Origin: an uncultured Planctomycetota bacterium
GTDB lineage: Bacteria > Planctomycetota > Planctomycetia > Gemmatales > Gemmataceae
NCBI GenBank assembly: GCA_963849325.1
Contig: CAWKHF010000012.1
Location: 736,001 to 800,000, forward strand
Length of the DNA stretch: 64,000 nt
Reading direction: 5' to 3'
Part shown: positions 35,456 through 46,371 of the stretch, piece by piece
Numbering within the stretch: position 1 is the stretch's first letter
How the letters are laid out: each line of letters begins with the position of its first letter
Made by a program: the position numbers and the translations under genes
The notes under the pieces: generated by a model
The model's database searches: none
The model's input: the letters and a program-made list of their open reading frames with translations, nothing else
What the model was told of the DNA's origin: nothing

Positions 35456-35944
35456 ATGCGCGAGGAGACGATGTGGCGTGGACTCGGCCGGATCGTGGCA
35501 TCCGTCTTCGCCATAACGATCCTGTCCGCGCTTGGCGCGGCCGTGTATGCCGCGCTCTGCGGTCTCCTCTGCTGGGCCCTCCGGGTCGAGGACGCTCCCC
35601 TGAGAGGACTCTGGGTCATGGCCTCTGGAGCGATCGCCGGATTCATCATGGCCATCGTTTGGGCGATTGACCGTGTTGTGAACTTCCGCTCTTACACTCC
35701 ACTCTCGTCCCGTGAGGAAAGAAACTCGACCGGGCCTTCGGAACGGATCGAGGCGGCCGCATGGGTACGGCATGCGACAAACCCGGGGATGAAAACGAAT
35801 GAGGGCGAGATCGTGCCGTTGATCTCGCCCTCTCGATTGCCAATCGACCTGCCCGGAACGAACCCCAGCGTTACCAATGGCCTTTCGGACCACAGCGAAC
35901 CGGGACCTGTTCCTCCACCTGAGCGGGGGCGTGGCCGATGGTAA
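35456..35944 (+). CDS. Hypothetical membrane protein (2 TM)
   Basis: GGAGGG RBS; two hydrophobic segments. Confidence 0.55.
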   Translation: MREETMWRGLGRIVASVFAITILSALGAAVYAALCGLLCWALRVEDAPLRGLWVMASGAIAGFIMAIVWAIDRVVNFRSYTPLSSREERNSTGPSERIEAAAWVRHATNPGMKTNEGEIVPLISPSRLPIDLPGTNPSVTNGLSDHSEPGPVPPPERGRGRW

Positions 35945-36353
35945 CGCGCAGCATCAACTTTTTCCGCTCTTCCTTGCGAACCGTGTCCGGGCCTTCGGGC
36001 GGCAGGACGACGATATAGGTTGTCGTTCCCTTCTGCGTCACGGTCTCCGGCCGCATCTCCGTGCGCTTCTGGCCAGTGTAGGGATCCTGGACGCATACCG
36101 GCACCATCCGCGTGTAGGGGACCTCGGTCGGCACGTCCTTCGTCTTCGCCGTGTAGCCCTTCTTCACGGGGACTTCGGCAACGCACTTCGTCTCGGTCAG
36201 GCAGGCGTTGAGGATGGTCCGATTCACCGTCCGGCACTGGCGGGCGTAGCAGCCGGACGCCGCCGTGGGAGGGCAGGGCGGCAGCTCCTCACTGTGCAAC
36301 GCCGACCCCGCCAGGACGAACGTGAAGCAAGCGATGCCGTAGACGGTTCGCAC
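35871..36353 (-). CDS. Secreted hypothetical Cys/Val/Thr-rich protein
   Basis: AGGAGG RBS before GTG 36353; signal peptide; VPYTRMVPV..TEMRPETV beta-rich stretches. Confidence 0.6.
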   Translation of the reverse strand: MRTVYGIACFTFVLAGSALHSEELPPCPPTAASGCYARQCRTVNRTILNACLTETKCVAEVPVKKGYTAKTKDVPTEVPYTRMVPVCVQDPYTGQKRTEMRPETVTQKGTTTYIVVLPPEGPDTVRKEERKKLMLRVTIGHAPAQVEEQVPVRCGPKGHW

Positions 36354-36521
36354 GGATCGACCTCCTGTCCGAACACACGTGCTGGCAGTGCAAGACTGGT
36401 TTCGGAAATCGGGTCGGGGGGATTGTCGCGAATCGCCGGATTGCGCCGAATGGCACGGAGGAGCCGGCCGCACGACCGCTACAAAGTCCCGGGAAGGATG
36501 GGGCGAACGGAACAGGCTGCG

Positions 36522-39500
36522 TCAGGAGGGCATCTCCGCCATCTTCTCCAGGACGCGCTTCTTGCGCTTGCAGAGGTTGGGGCAAGGCCGAATCGCCCAG
36601 GCGCCGCAGATGGAACGCGGCGGCGTCCCGGTTATTGTGTTCGACGTAGTATTCGGCTTCTTGCAGATGCCAGAACCGCGCCCGCTCGTCCGCCGCCTGC
36701 CGGCGCGCCTGTTGCTGCCGGAGCCGCGTGTCCTCGTCCATCTGAGTGGGAGCGTCCCACACACTGATGGATTCGTTCCAGTTCGTCCCGGCCAGCCGCG
36801 TGCCGTCGGGGTGAAAGACAACACGGGCATTGAACGGAGGATCCCGATAACGCGGCGGCGCACCGTGCAGGGTGAGTACCTCGATGCCGGTTTCGGCGTC
36901 CCACATGCGGATCAGGTCGCGGCTGGCGCCGGCCAGGCGCTTGCCGTCGGGGCTGAAGGCCAGATCGCACAGTAACGCCGGCGCGGACAGCGCCCTCCGG
37001 GGCTGCGGGCGCACCGGCGCATCGTCCCAACCCTCGCAGTCCCAGACGACGACTTTGTTCTCTTCGATGCCGGTGCCGGCCAGGCGCTTGCCGTCAGGAC
37101 GAAAGGCCAGGGCCGTGACCGCGCCCCGGCCGGCGAGATGCACGAGCGTTCGCCCCGCCGACCAATCGTAGACGCGGATGCCGTCGTCGCCGCCCACCGC
37201 CAGCCAGCGCTCGTCCGGGCTAAAGGCCAGGGTGAAGAGTCGCCCGGTCTCGCGCAGCTCTTGTAACAGCGTGCCGTCGGCGGCATCCCAGATCCGGACC
37301 TCGGCCGGCCGACCCGCTTGCTTGCCGTCGGAGGCGCAGGTCGCCAGGAGCCGGCCGCTGGGACTGAAGTGGACGCCATGCACGGGCAGAGTGTGGCCCC
37401 GACACGATAGGAGGCGCTTGCCGGTTTCCACGTCCCAGATGCGCACCCGCGAGCTGTCCTCCCGGCAGCGCGCGGCCAGGCGGCGGCCGCCGCGAGCGAA
37501 CGCGGCCAGGACGCCCACCGGCTCGGTCGGCTCCGCGTTGACGGCCAGGTCATGTTCGGCGCGCAGCATCCCCGACGAGGCATCCCAGACCTGCAACTGA
37601 CCGGCCATCGTCACGGAGACCAGGTGCCGCCCATCCTCGTGGAAGGCGAGGGCTTCCACGTCTGTCGCCGTCCGCGCCAGCGTGGCGTACTCGGGGTGCC
37701 TCGTCAGGTCCCACAGCTTGACCTCGCCCCGCGAAGGACTGCACGAAACCAGGCGCTGGCCGTCCGGGCTGAACTGGACGCTCTCGACGGACCCCGTGTG
37801 GCCGCGAAACGTGATCAGTCCCATGCCCGATTCCAGGTCGTAGATGCGCACGGTCTTGTCCGTGCCGCCATAGGCGAGGTAGCGGGCATCGGGACTGAAG
37901 GCCAGGCCCAACACCGCCCCGGTTCGTCCCGTCAGGCTCTGCGGGGTCTTCGGCGCCGTCAAGTTCGCCTCCACGTCCCAGATTTTCAAGTTGCCGTTGC
38001 TGCCGGCGGAAACCAGGAGCTTGCCGTCGGGGCTGAAGGCGACGCAGAAGACGGCGCTCTTGTGTCCACTCAGGGCGCGGACTTCCTTGCCGGTCGAAGG
38101 ATCCCAGAGACGGACAACCGCGTCCTCGCCCCCGGTGGCCAGGAGTGGCCGTGCCGGATGGAAGGCGACGCTGTGAAAGCCCTGGCCGTCGGCGGTGCGC
38201 AGGACGCGATGGACCGTGGCCGTGTCGGCGTCCCACACCATCACCTCGCCGCGTTTGAGCAACCAATGGTCCGGCGCGGCGATGGCCGCCGAAGCCACGG
38301 TCTTGCCGTCGGGGCTGAAAGCCAGACCGGCAATCCGGGTGTTGTGGAGAGTGCGCTGCAAGAGTTCCCGTCGTTCCACCACGTCCCAGAGGACCACGGT
38401 GCCGTCGGCGCCGCCCAGGACCAGGCGGCGGCCGTCGGGACGGAAGGCCAGGCGATGGAAGGGCCCAGGCAAGCTCTGCTCGTGGACCGTCTCGCCGCGC
38501 ACCGCATCCCACAAGCGCAACTCGCTGTGCTCCCCGCGCACGTCCCCATTCTCCTTCCCCTCTCCCCCCGCTGCGAGGAGAGGGGGGGAAGGCGGGTGCC
38601 GCAGCAGCGAAGCGACGATGCCGCCGCCGGGGTGGAACGCCGCCACCCCCTCCGGTCCGGGCTGACGATGGAGGAAGCTGAACAGCTCCGGATGGTACAG
38701 GGTATTGAGGTAATACCACTCCCATCCGCGGCGGTCGAGCTGGTCGCCGGGATGGACACAATCGGCCAGGCTGCCCAGCGCGCCCGGCAGATCGTTGAGG
38801 CGCCATTGCAGCTGGCTCTGGGCGATACGGCTGTAATAGAGGGCGTTGCGTGCCTGCAGGCGCTGCTCTTCCTTGTCGTTTCTCTCGCGCAGGAGAGTAT
38901 CGCGGGCCAGGCGAGTTTCCTGCCATTGCCAGGTGACGCCGGCGAAACCCAGCACGGCGACCAGCACCAAACCCACGGCCAGGGCGGCGGACAGAGGCCG
39001 ACGCCGCGCCCACTTCCAGCCGCGTTCCACAGGTCCGACCGGCCGCGCCGCGATCGGATCGCCGCGACGGAAACGGCGCAGGTCGTCGGCCAGCGCCGCG
39101 GCGCTGGCGTAACGTCGCGCCGGCTCCTTTTCCAGACATTTGAGGCAGATGGTCTCCAGATCGCGCGGCAGATGCGGGCGTAAGCGGCTGGGACGCACCG
39201 GCTCCTCGTGCGCCACTTGCAGCAGAGTGTCCAGCGCCATCGCGCCCTTGAAGGGAGGCCGGCCGGTCAGACACTCGTAGAGGATTGCCCCCAGCGCATA
39301 AACGTCGGTGGCCGGGCCGATCTTCCGCGACGTGACTGCGGTCTGCTCGGGCGCCATGTAACTTGGCGTGCCGGCCAACTCGCCGGAGTGCGATCCCGGA
39401 CCCGGCTCGTCAAGCCGCTTCGCCAACCCGAAATCGGTGATCTTGGGCAGGCAGCCGGACCACCAATCGGACCCCGAGACGCACGGTGCCGAAGCATCCT

Positions 39501-40266
39501 CGGCTCCCTCGTCGCCTTCCGGCTTCTCGGTCGTCGGGTCGGCGGTTTCTTTGCTCTGCAGAAGGATGTTGGCGGGTTTGAGGTCGCGGTGAACGACCTG
39601 ATGCTGATGGGCGAAGTGAATCGCATGGGCCAGCGTTTCGATCAGGCGCACGGTCGGTTCGAGCGGCTGCGGGTCGCCGCGCAGCCGCTGCATCAGGCTG
39701 CCCTGCTCGGCGTATTCCAGGACAAAGTATGGCCGGCCTTCCGACTCGCCGACGTCGTAGATCTGGACGATGTTGGGGTGATGCAGACGCGCCACCGCCT
39801 CGGCCTCCAGCCGGAAGCGTTCGAGGTCTTTGGCTCCCGCGTGGGCGCCGGCCAGGACCATCTTCAGCGCCACCGTGCGCTTGAGGGCGCGATGGCGGGC
39901 CTTGTAAACGACGCCCATGCCGCCCCGACCCAGTTCGCCCAGGATCTCGTAGCCGGCGACGGTGGGGGCCGCAGCGGGAGGAGGCGCCGGGACCGGCCCA
40001 TTCGATCCGTCTCCGCAAGGCGCGGCCGCCGGCGGCGACTTCTTCAGCTCGGCCAGGAAAGGAGCGGTGGGGACCGCGGAAGAGGAGCACAGCTCGGTCT
40101 CCGCCGATAGGTCCGACAGGACGCAGGTCTTTTCGGTCAAGCGCTCCAGGTCGGCCTGGCAGCGGACACAGTCGGCGATGTGCTTCGCCAACTCCGCCTG
40201 TCGGGGTTCGCCCAACTCCTCGTCCAGCCAGTACACCAGGTCTTCCACGCTCGGACAGCGGCTCAT
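36522..40266 (-). CDS. Ser/Thr kinase with N-terminal anti-sigma-type zinc finger (HxxxCxxC), TM segment and WD40 propellers; probable frameshift near 36570
   Basis: MSRCPS...HIADCVRC, GRGGMGVVY, HRDLKPAN, DFGLAK, GTPSYMAPE, repeated FSPDG/VWD. The start overlaps the sigma factor stop (ATGA). Confidence 0.92.
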
Positions 40267-40874
40267 GGCCCTTCCTCGTCGCGCCCTTCCATCTTGGCGA
40301 TTTCCGCCGACAACATTTTCTGGACGCGCCGCTTGGCCACGAACACCTGGGCGACCTGCATGGGGATGCGCTCGGCCGCTTCGGCCCCGGACAGGCCGTC
40401 CAGGGCCGTCAGACGGAAGGCCTCCCACGTCTGCGGGGCGACGCGGAGACGGACACGGGCCACGGCCTCCTCGAACAGTTCGCGGTCGAACTCGGCTTCC
40501 AGGTGCTGGAGCAGGTCGTCGCGGGCGGCGACGCTGTGCAGCAGGTCCGCGGTCTGGCTGTCGCCGCTGCCCTGTCCCGGCCGACGCCGCGCCTCCAGGT
40601 AATCGCTCCAGGCGTGATGCGTCAGCGTCTTGAGCCAGGCGCGGAAGCTCCGCGCCGGATCGTAGGTGAACGTCCGCATTTTGTCGGCGAGCTTGAGCAG
40701 TACGTTCTGGGTGACGTCCTGGCTGTCCGCTTCCTGCAGGCCCCACTTGCGGCACCAGGCATAAATCTTGGTGCCGTAGTGCTCGACGAATTCGGCCCAG
40801 ATGGCCTGATTCGTGGGGTCGCGCCGCAGCCGGCCCAGCAAGGTGACGCGCGTTCCGGAATCGTGTGCTCCCAT
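40263..40874 (-). CDS. ECF RNA polymerase sigma factor (kinase-associated planctomycete type)
   Basis: TRVTLLGRLR, WAEFVEHY, DSQDVTQNV, SFRAWLKTL, region 4 QVFVAKRRV. Confidence 0.92.
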   Translation of the reverse strand: MGAHDSGTRVTLLGRLRRDPTNQAIWAEFVEHYGTKIYAWCRKWGLQEADSQDVTQNVLLKLADKMRTFTYDPARSFRAWLKTLTHHAWSDYLEARRRPGQGSGDSQTADLLHSVAARDDLLQHLEAEFDRELFEEAVARVRLRVAPQTWEAFRLTALDGLSGAEAAERIPMQVAQVFVAKRRVQKMLSAEIAKMEGRDEEGP

Positions 40875-40880
40875 CCTCAT

Positions 40881-40907
40881 TACTCCCCCGGCCCGCGGAA
40901 TCTGGCA
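40881..40907 (-). promoter_or_regulatory. Candidate autoregulatory ECF promoter TGCCAGATT-N15-GTA
   Basis: The same motif and spacing recur on the + strand at 41039-41065; ends 6 nt before ATG 40874. Confidence 0.55.
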
Positions 40908-41038
40908 CCCCGGCATGGACGAAGCGAAAAATCGATCGCCGAGCACGGCCCGGACCCGGCGAGAGAGGCCGGGGGCCACGTCCCCATCAAAGCAGGAATC
41001 GCGCACGGCGCGAAGTGGTCCCGACAGGGGCCGCCCTC

Positions 41039-41065
41039 TGCCAGATTTCCGGCCGCCGTGCCGTA
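41039..41065 (+). promoter_or_regulatory. Candidate ECF promoter TGCCAGATT-N15-GTA driving the divergent ORF
   Basis: Identical 9-mer and spacing to 40881-40907. Confidence 0.55.
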
Positions 41066-41126
41066 CTTCCTTTGGGGCCGTTCCAAGCCTTTCGCCGCCC
41101 CGCGATTACCCCGTCGGGGAACCATC

Positions 41127-41444
41127 ATGATCGATATCCTGCTCGCACAGCCGGCATTGTGCGCCTTCCCCGTCTTCGTGTCGATCTTGTTCTTCTGGGC
41201 ACTGTGGACGGGACAGACAAACCCTCATTCCGCAGGCGGCAACAATCCCGCGCCTCGCGGTGACACATCGGATTACCGACTCCGCCCCGAGATGAGACCG
41301 GATTCGTCGAATCGAATCAATCCGGTGCTGTCCTGGGTTGGCCGTATTCCTCCGGCCCTCCGCAGCCTGCACGCCTCTTGCTCGGCGGATTACGACGTGA
41401 AGTTTAACCGAATCGGTAACAAGATTCGCCGCCCCGGCACGTGA
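41127..41444 (+). CDS. Hypothetical protein with N-terminal TM segment
   Basis: GGGGA RBS; MIDILLAQPALCAFPVFVSILFFWALW. Confidence 0.5.
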   Translation: MIDILLAQPALCAFPVFVSILFFWALWTGQTNPHSAGGNNPAPRGDTSDYRLRPEMRPDSSNRINPVLSWVGRIPPALRSLHASCSADYDVKFNRIGNKIRRPGT

Positions 41445-41544
41445 CGATTCTCCCGATTCAACACGAAGTCATTAACCATCGACGGGCGATCGTCGTATCA
41501 ACGTTGCGGAGTCTCCTTCGGCGAAGGTAAGATGAGGAAGAAGG

Positions 41545-41606
41545 CAGAGCCCGAAGCGGGAGCGAGGGAATTGTTTTCTTCCCCCTCGCTCCCGCTTCGG
41601 GCTCTG
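41545..41606. repeat. REP-like palindrome (CCCGAAGCGGGAGCGAGGG arm)
   Basis: CAGAGCCCGAAGCGGGAGCGAGGG and reverse complement. Confidence 0.82.
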
Positions 41607-41635
41607 GTAAGAACCCTCCCTGCCGACTGAGAAAG

Positions 41636-41833
41636 ATGGACTGGCAACTACCGATCGTCGGCGTGCTGGTGGTCCTGGCTCTGGTTTACCTGGGGCGGGG
41701 AGCGCTGCGCACCTGGGCCGGCAAGGGAGCGGGCTGTGGCAGCTGCAAATGCTCCACCACGGAAAAAGAACCGAAATCCGCCGCGGGGGATACATGGATC
41801 CCCGTCGATCAAGTCCGGCTGCGACGGCGGTAA
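41636..41833 (+). CDS. FeoB-associated Cys-rich membrane protein-like
   Basis: MDWQ, TM helix, GCGSCKC. Confidence 0.75.
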   Translation: MDWQLPIVGVLVVLALVYLGRGALRTWAGKGAGCGSCKCSTTEKEPKSAAGDTWIPVDQVRLRRR

Positions 41834-42033
41834 CGTTCACAACCCGCGCGAACCGAGAGGCGGCCTGCTCACGTGACGGCGAGGAGGCGGCTTCCAAGCG
41901 GACGTATCCGCGATTGAAAACGGCGAAGGACTGGCCTATCCTGTTGGATAGGGTCTCCATCCGGAGCGCCCCTTTCCCCCCTCTCGCTCAACGACGTGCG
42001 GGCCACAGGAGTCGGCATTGAGGAGTGTCGCTG

Positions 42034-45000
42034 ATGCCCTGGCCGCAAGCGACGGATTACAACGCCGCCGTACAGAACCCACGGCTGTGCTTCCGCGATG
42101 ACGACCTGCGTTCGGGCCAGGTGGTCGGCGACCTGTTCGGTCTGCCGCGACCGCACTCCGGCAACTTCGCCGACGTCTATCAGGTGCAAGGAGCGGACCA
42201 GCAAAGCTGGGCCGTCAAGTGCTTCACCCGCCCCGTCGCCGGACTGCACCAACGCTACCAGGCCATCAGCGACCATCTCCGCCAGACCCAACGCGCCTTC
42301 ATGGTCGAGTTCCGCTACCTGGAAGAAGGCATCTTTGTCCGCGGGCAAGCCTATCCCCTCGTCAAGATGCGCTGGGTCGAAGGCTTTCGACTCAACGAAT
42401 TCATCCGCGAACATCTGAGCAATGCGGCCCTGCTGGAACGATTGGCCGGGGGCTGGCTGCGCCTGTCGCAAGAGCTGCGTGACGCCGGCATGGCGCACGG
42501 CGATTTGCAGCACGGCAACGTCCTGCTGGTGCCCGGCAGCAAGAGCGCTTCGCTGGCCTTGAAGCTGATCGACTACGACGGCATGTTCGTGCCGGCCCTG
42601 GCCGACACGCCATCGGGCGAGGTCGGACATCCCAACTATCAGCATCCGCAGCGTCTGCGTGAAGGAGCCTACGACAGCCAGGTCGATCGCTTTTCGCACC
42701 TGCTTATTTACACGGCCCTGCGCTGCGTGCAAGTCGGCGGAATGGAATTGTGGCAGCATTACGACAACGAGGAGAACCTGCTCTTCCGCGAGGACGATTT
42801 TCGTCAGCCGGGCCGGTCGCGTTTGCTGGGCGAGCTGTGGGGCTTGAAGGACCGCGATGCTCGCGCCCTGGTGGGACACCTGTTGTTGGCCAGTCAGGGT
42901 CCGCTGTTGGTGGTGCCGTCGCTGGACGAATTGGTCAGCGACAACGTCGTTCGGCCGTTGAGTATCAGCGAGGAAGCGCAGGTCCACGCTTTGCTGGGCG
43001 AGTCCGCCGCGGCGCGCGCAAGACCCGTGCCGTCGTTCCGGCAGTGGTCGCCAGGCCAACGATTGACGAGCCTGCGGAGGAAGTCGGATTGGCGCCTTTC
43101 GCCGCTCGGGTGGCCGTGCCGACCGACAACGTCGTGGTCGAGACCGAGTCCCAGACTCTGACTCTGGAAGGGACGACCCCGGACTTGCCGCGCGTGGCGA
43201 TACCACCGCCCTTGCCGCCCGCCTTTCGCCGCGACTCGACGCAAGGCGTTCGGGAAACGGTCAACTCGGCCGCGATGGGTCCCGTCGTGCCGAGTCTGTC
43301 GTGGCTGGGCTGGTTGTCCGCCTTCGGAGCGATTGCCCTGGTCGGCTCCCTGGCGATCAACTTGCTGGTCGCGCCCTCTTCCGGCAACCGCCGCTGTCAC
43401 CACGGCAGCCCCACCTCGATCCCATCGCGGATGTCGCGCTCCTCGGCGGGCAGAAGCAGAGAGTGCTGGTGAACGTCCAGCGCAACGACTGCGCCAGACC
43501 GCTGAGGGTCCGGGTTGACGGCCTGCCGGCCGGCATGAAACTGCCGATTCTGACCCTGGCGGCGAACCGGGACAGCATTCCCTTGTCCCTGGCGGCCCCC
43601 TTGGACTGTGAGCTGCCGTCGCGGGAAGTAATCGTCTCTCTCTGGATGGGACAAGAGCGCATCGACCAGCGCCCCTTCCATCTCTCGGTGCGCAAGGTTC
43701 CGCGCCCGGTCTTGCTCGAACGAGAGAACATCCATTGCAAGGCGGGCGAGACGACCGTTTTCACTCCCAAACTGGATCGCAAGGGATGTCGGGAACCGCT
43801 GACCGTGCGGTTCGACAACTTACCGCCGGGCGTGCGGCAAGAGAGCCTATCCGGCCCGGCCGTGAAGCTGACGATCGCGCCGGATGCCAAGCCGGAGCCA
43901 TCGCACCCTGTACGCTTGCGGCTGTGGGTCCGCAACGTCCTCGCCGATACCGCGCCGCTGTTCTTCGACATCGACCCTTCATCGCCGCGAGTGCGGCTGA
44001 AGGCGGAGAACAGGCCCGACTTGCTGTCCGTCTCACTGGGACAGACAGGAGACCTCTCGGTCGTCGTAAGGCGCGACGGTTACGACGGTCCCGTGGACAT
44101 TCGGCTGGACGACCTGCCGCCCGGCGTGACGGCCGCCCCGGTCACCATCCCCGCCCGAATGTCCTCGGCGACCGTGAAGGTCGAGGCCGCCGCGCCGGCC
44201 GAAGCGGGCGAAAGCCAGGTGAAAGTAATCGTCTCCGTGGAAGGACAATCCGTAGAGGAGGGGCAACTCCGGCTCCGTGTCGAGAAACCGGCCGAAAGGC
44301 CCGTCACCAAGCTGGAGGAACCGAGGACGGTTCATTTCGAGTCGGTGGACGGCGTTGCCCTGACGGGCACCTTTTACTCCGGCCCCAAGGGGAAGAAGGG
44401 GGCCTGTGTGCTGATCGTCCCGGACATGGGCCGTCTTCGTCAGGACGCGGGCTGGAGACGGCTGGCGCGGGCGTTGCAGACCGAGGGGCATACGGTGCTC
44501 GCCCTCGACCTTCGCGGGCAGGGCGACAGCAAGACGGTCGCCAGCCGTTTCTGGCGCGAGCAAGCCAACCAGTTCTTGCCGGCCTTCCGGTCCTTCCAGC
44601 AGACCGGGGCCAAGGATTCCTTGCCGGCCGTCCTCGATGCCCGCACGTTTCCGGCCGGGTATCTCTTCTGGCACGTTCTCGACCTCGCCGCGGCACGGAT
44701 GTACCTGGAGAAGAGGAACGATGACCCCGGCTCTTCGGTCAATACCGCCAACCTGATCGTGATCGGCGCCGGTCAGGGAGCCACCATCAGCGTGCTGTGG
44801 TTGAGTTCGGAGTGCCGTCGTTTCCTGGACCCACCGCCGAGCGGCCTGCGCCTGCTGGCGGAAGCCAATGAGGGCGAGCGCGTGGCCGCCGGGATCTGGC
44901 TCAGCCTGGACTTCGGGATGGGCAACAACGCCTTCACGGTCCCGATGGCCGATTGGGTTGGCGATGTCGGTGGTCGTGTCAAGATCCCCATGCTCTTTCT

Positions 45001-45350
45001 GTACGGTGAGAAGGACACCGTCTCCGCCGAGCGCCGAGAAGCTGCTGCGGAAGCCGCATTCCGCTCTCACGCGCAAACAGGCCATCGCTCACACGGCCGA
45101 TGTCGGCCAGGGACTACTGCGGAAGGAACTGGCGACCGAGAAAACCATCGTCGGCTACGTCGCCGCGGTCATGAAGGCCGGCGCGCGTCCGGCGATGGCG
45201 CGCGGCGTCATCGGCCGGTCCTCGTACTGGTTGCTACCCGACGGCCAGCACTACACGGCCAAACGAGGCGGTGACAGCCATCTCGTGGCGGCGCCCCTGG
45301 AGTTGCTGGACATCCCCCTGCCCTCGATCCGGCAGCCTCGCCGCCCCTGA
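42034..45350 (+). CDS. Atypical Ser/Thr kinase (HGDLQHGN type), TM segment, beta-sandwich repeats, alpha/beta-hydrolase-like domain; frameshifts near 43060, 43385 and 45035
   Basis: SGNFADVY, WAVKCF, HGDLQHGNVL, LIDYDG, GHPNYQHP; repeated (D/N)LPPGV; DGVALTGTFY, DLRGQGDS, IGAGQGA, PMLFLYG. Confidence 0.75.
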
Positions 45351-45365
45351 AAAAAGAGAAGAACT

Positions 45366-45434
45366 TCGTTTCGCCGCGACGCGCAGCGGAGCGCGGGAAA
45401 GTCCCGCGCTCCGCTGCGCGTCGCGGCGAAACGA
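45366..45434. repeat. REP-like palindrome, family A, copy 2 (between convergent genes)
   Basis: TCGTTTCGCCGCGACGCGCAGCGGAGCGCGGGA and reverse complement. Confidence 0.85.
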
Positions 45435-45475
45435 GTTATTCGGTGACGATTGGGCCAACCACGGTCCCTCGCCGT

Positions 45476-46366
45476 TCACCAGGCGAGCGTCGGCGGAAAG
45501 AACTCGGCGATCAGCTCCTCATAGAAGGGTCGCAGGCCGTTCACGTCGGGCCGCGATTCGCCCTTGGAATACAGGTCATAGGGGTTGAAGTCGCGCACGC
45601 CGGCAAACCTCGCGCGGTCGCGCTCGTTCATCAGATGACCGTAGGCGCCCTCGCGGTGGGCCGCGTAGAACGAGTGATAGCGGATCATGTACAACGCCTC
45701 TTCCGGCAGATAGTCCTTGACCACCTGGTACAGATATTCGTCGTGGCCCCAGGACAAGTGGACACGATCCAGCCCGCAGCCCTCCGCGTAGATGCCGCAA
45801 GGCGTCTGATATTTCGGGCATTGACTATCCGTATTATCGGCAAAGAACTCGGGAAAGACGACACGATCGGAGAAGGCGCAGCCAACGGGGAATGTATCGC
45901 CGACCACCGCCCACTGTGGTTCGCCGAACAGGCACAGCACTTTGCCCAGGTCGTGAATCAATCCCGTCAGGATGAACCAACGCGGCCGGCCATCGCGGCG
46001 GATGGACTCGGCCGTCTGCATCAGGTGCTCGATCTGGCTTAGCTCGGTGTCCGGGTCGCTGTCATCGACGAGCGTGTTGAGAAACTCCATTGCTTCCCAG
46101 ATGCCCATGCGGCGGCGACGCAGCGGCAGGTATTGGCGCTTCTTCGTCCGTACGAAGTCGAGCGTCTGCTGCCGATGATTGAGACGATAGAACTCCGTGA
46201 CGCCCGGCCGCGCCTCCGCCCGGTAATCGCGGAAGGCTTCTTTCGCCTTGGCCGTCGCGGGGGGAGGAGGACTCGACTCCGCCGGATAGCGGACTTTCAG
46301 GAAATCTTCCCAGTCGTCCAGACGGTCGAGGGGTTCGCTCGGACGTTGAGTTCGTGGCTCCGACAT
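45476..46366 (-). CDS. myo-Inositol oxygenase (MIOX) family di-iron enzyme
   Basis: [58 protein letters not shown]. Confidence 0.92.
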   Translation of the reverse strand: MSEPRTQRPSEPLDRLDDWEDFLKVRYPAESSPPPPATAKAKEAFRDYRAEARPGVTEFYRLNHRQQTLDFVRTKKRQYLPLRRRRMGIWEAMEFLNTLVDDSDPDTELSQIEHLMQTAESIRRDGRPRWFILTGLIHDLGKVLCLFGEPQWAVVGDTFPVGCAFSDRVVFPEFFADNTDSQCPKYQTPCGIYAEGCGLDRVHLSWGHDEYLYQVVKDYLPEEALYMIRYHSFYAAHREGAYGHLMNERDRARFAGVRDFNPYDLYSKGESRPDVNGLRPFYEELIAEFFPPTLAW

Positions 46367-46371
46367 GGTGA

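Noticed and set aside
36289-40908. 1539-aa ORF read as a sigma-kinase fusion
   Set aside because: The N-terminal extension is an off-frame overlap of the sigma gene. The kinase starts at 40266 with an ATGA overlap.
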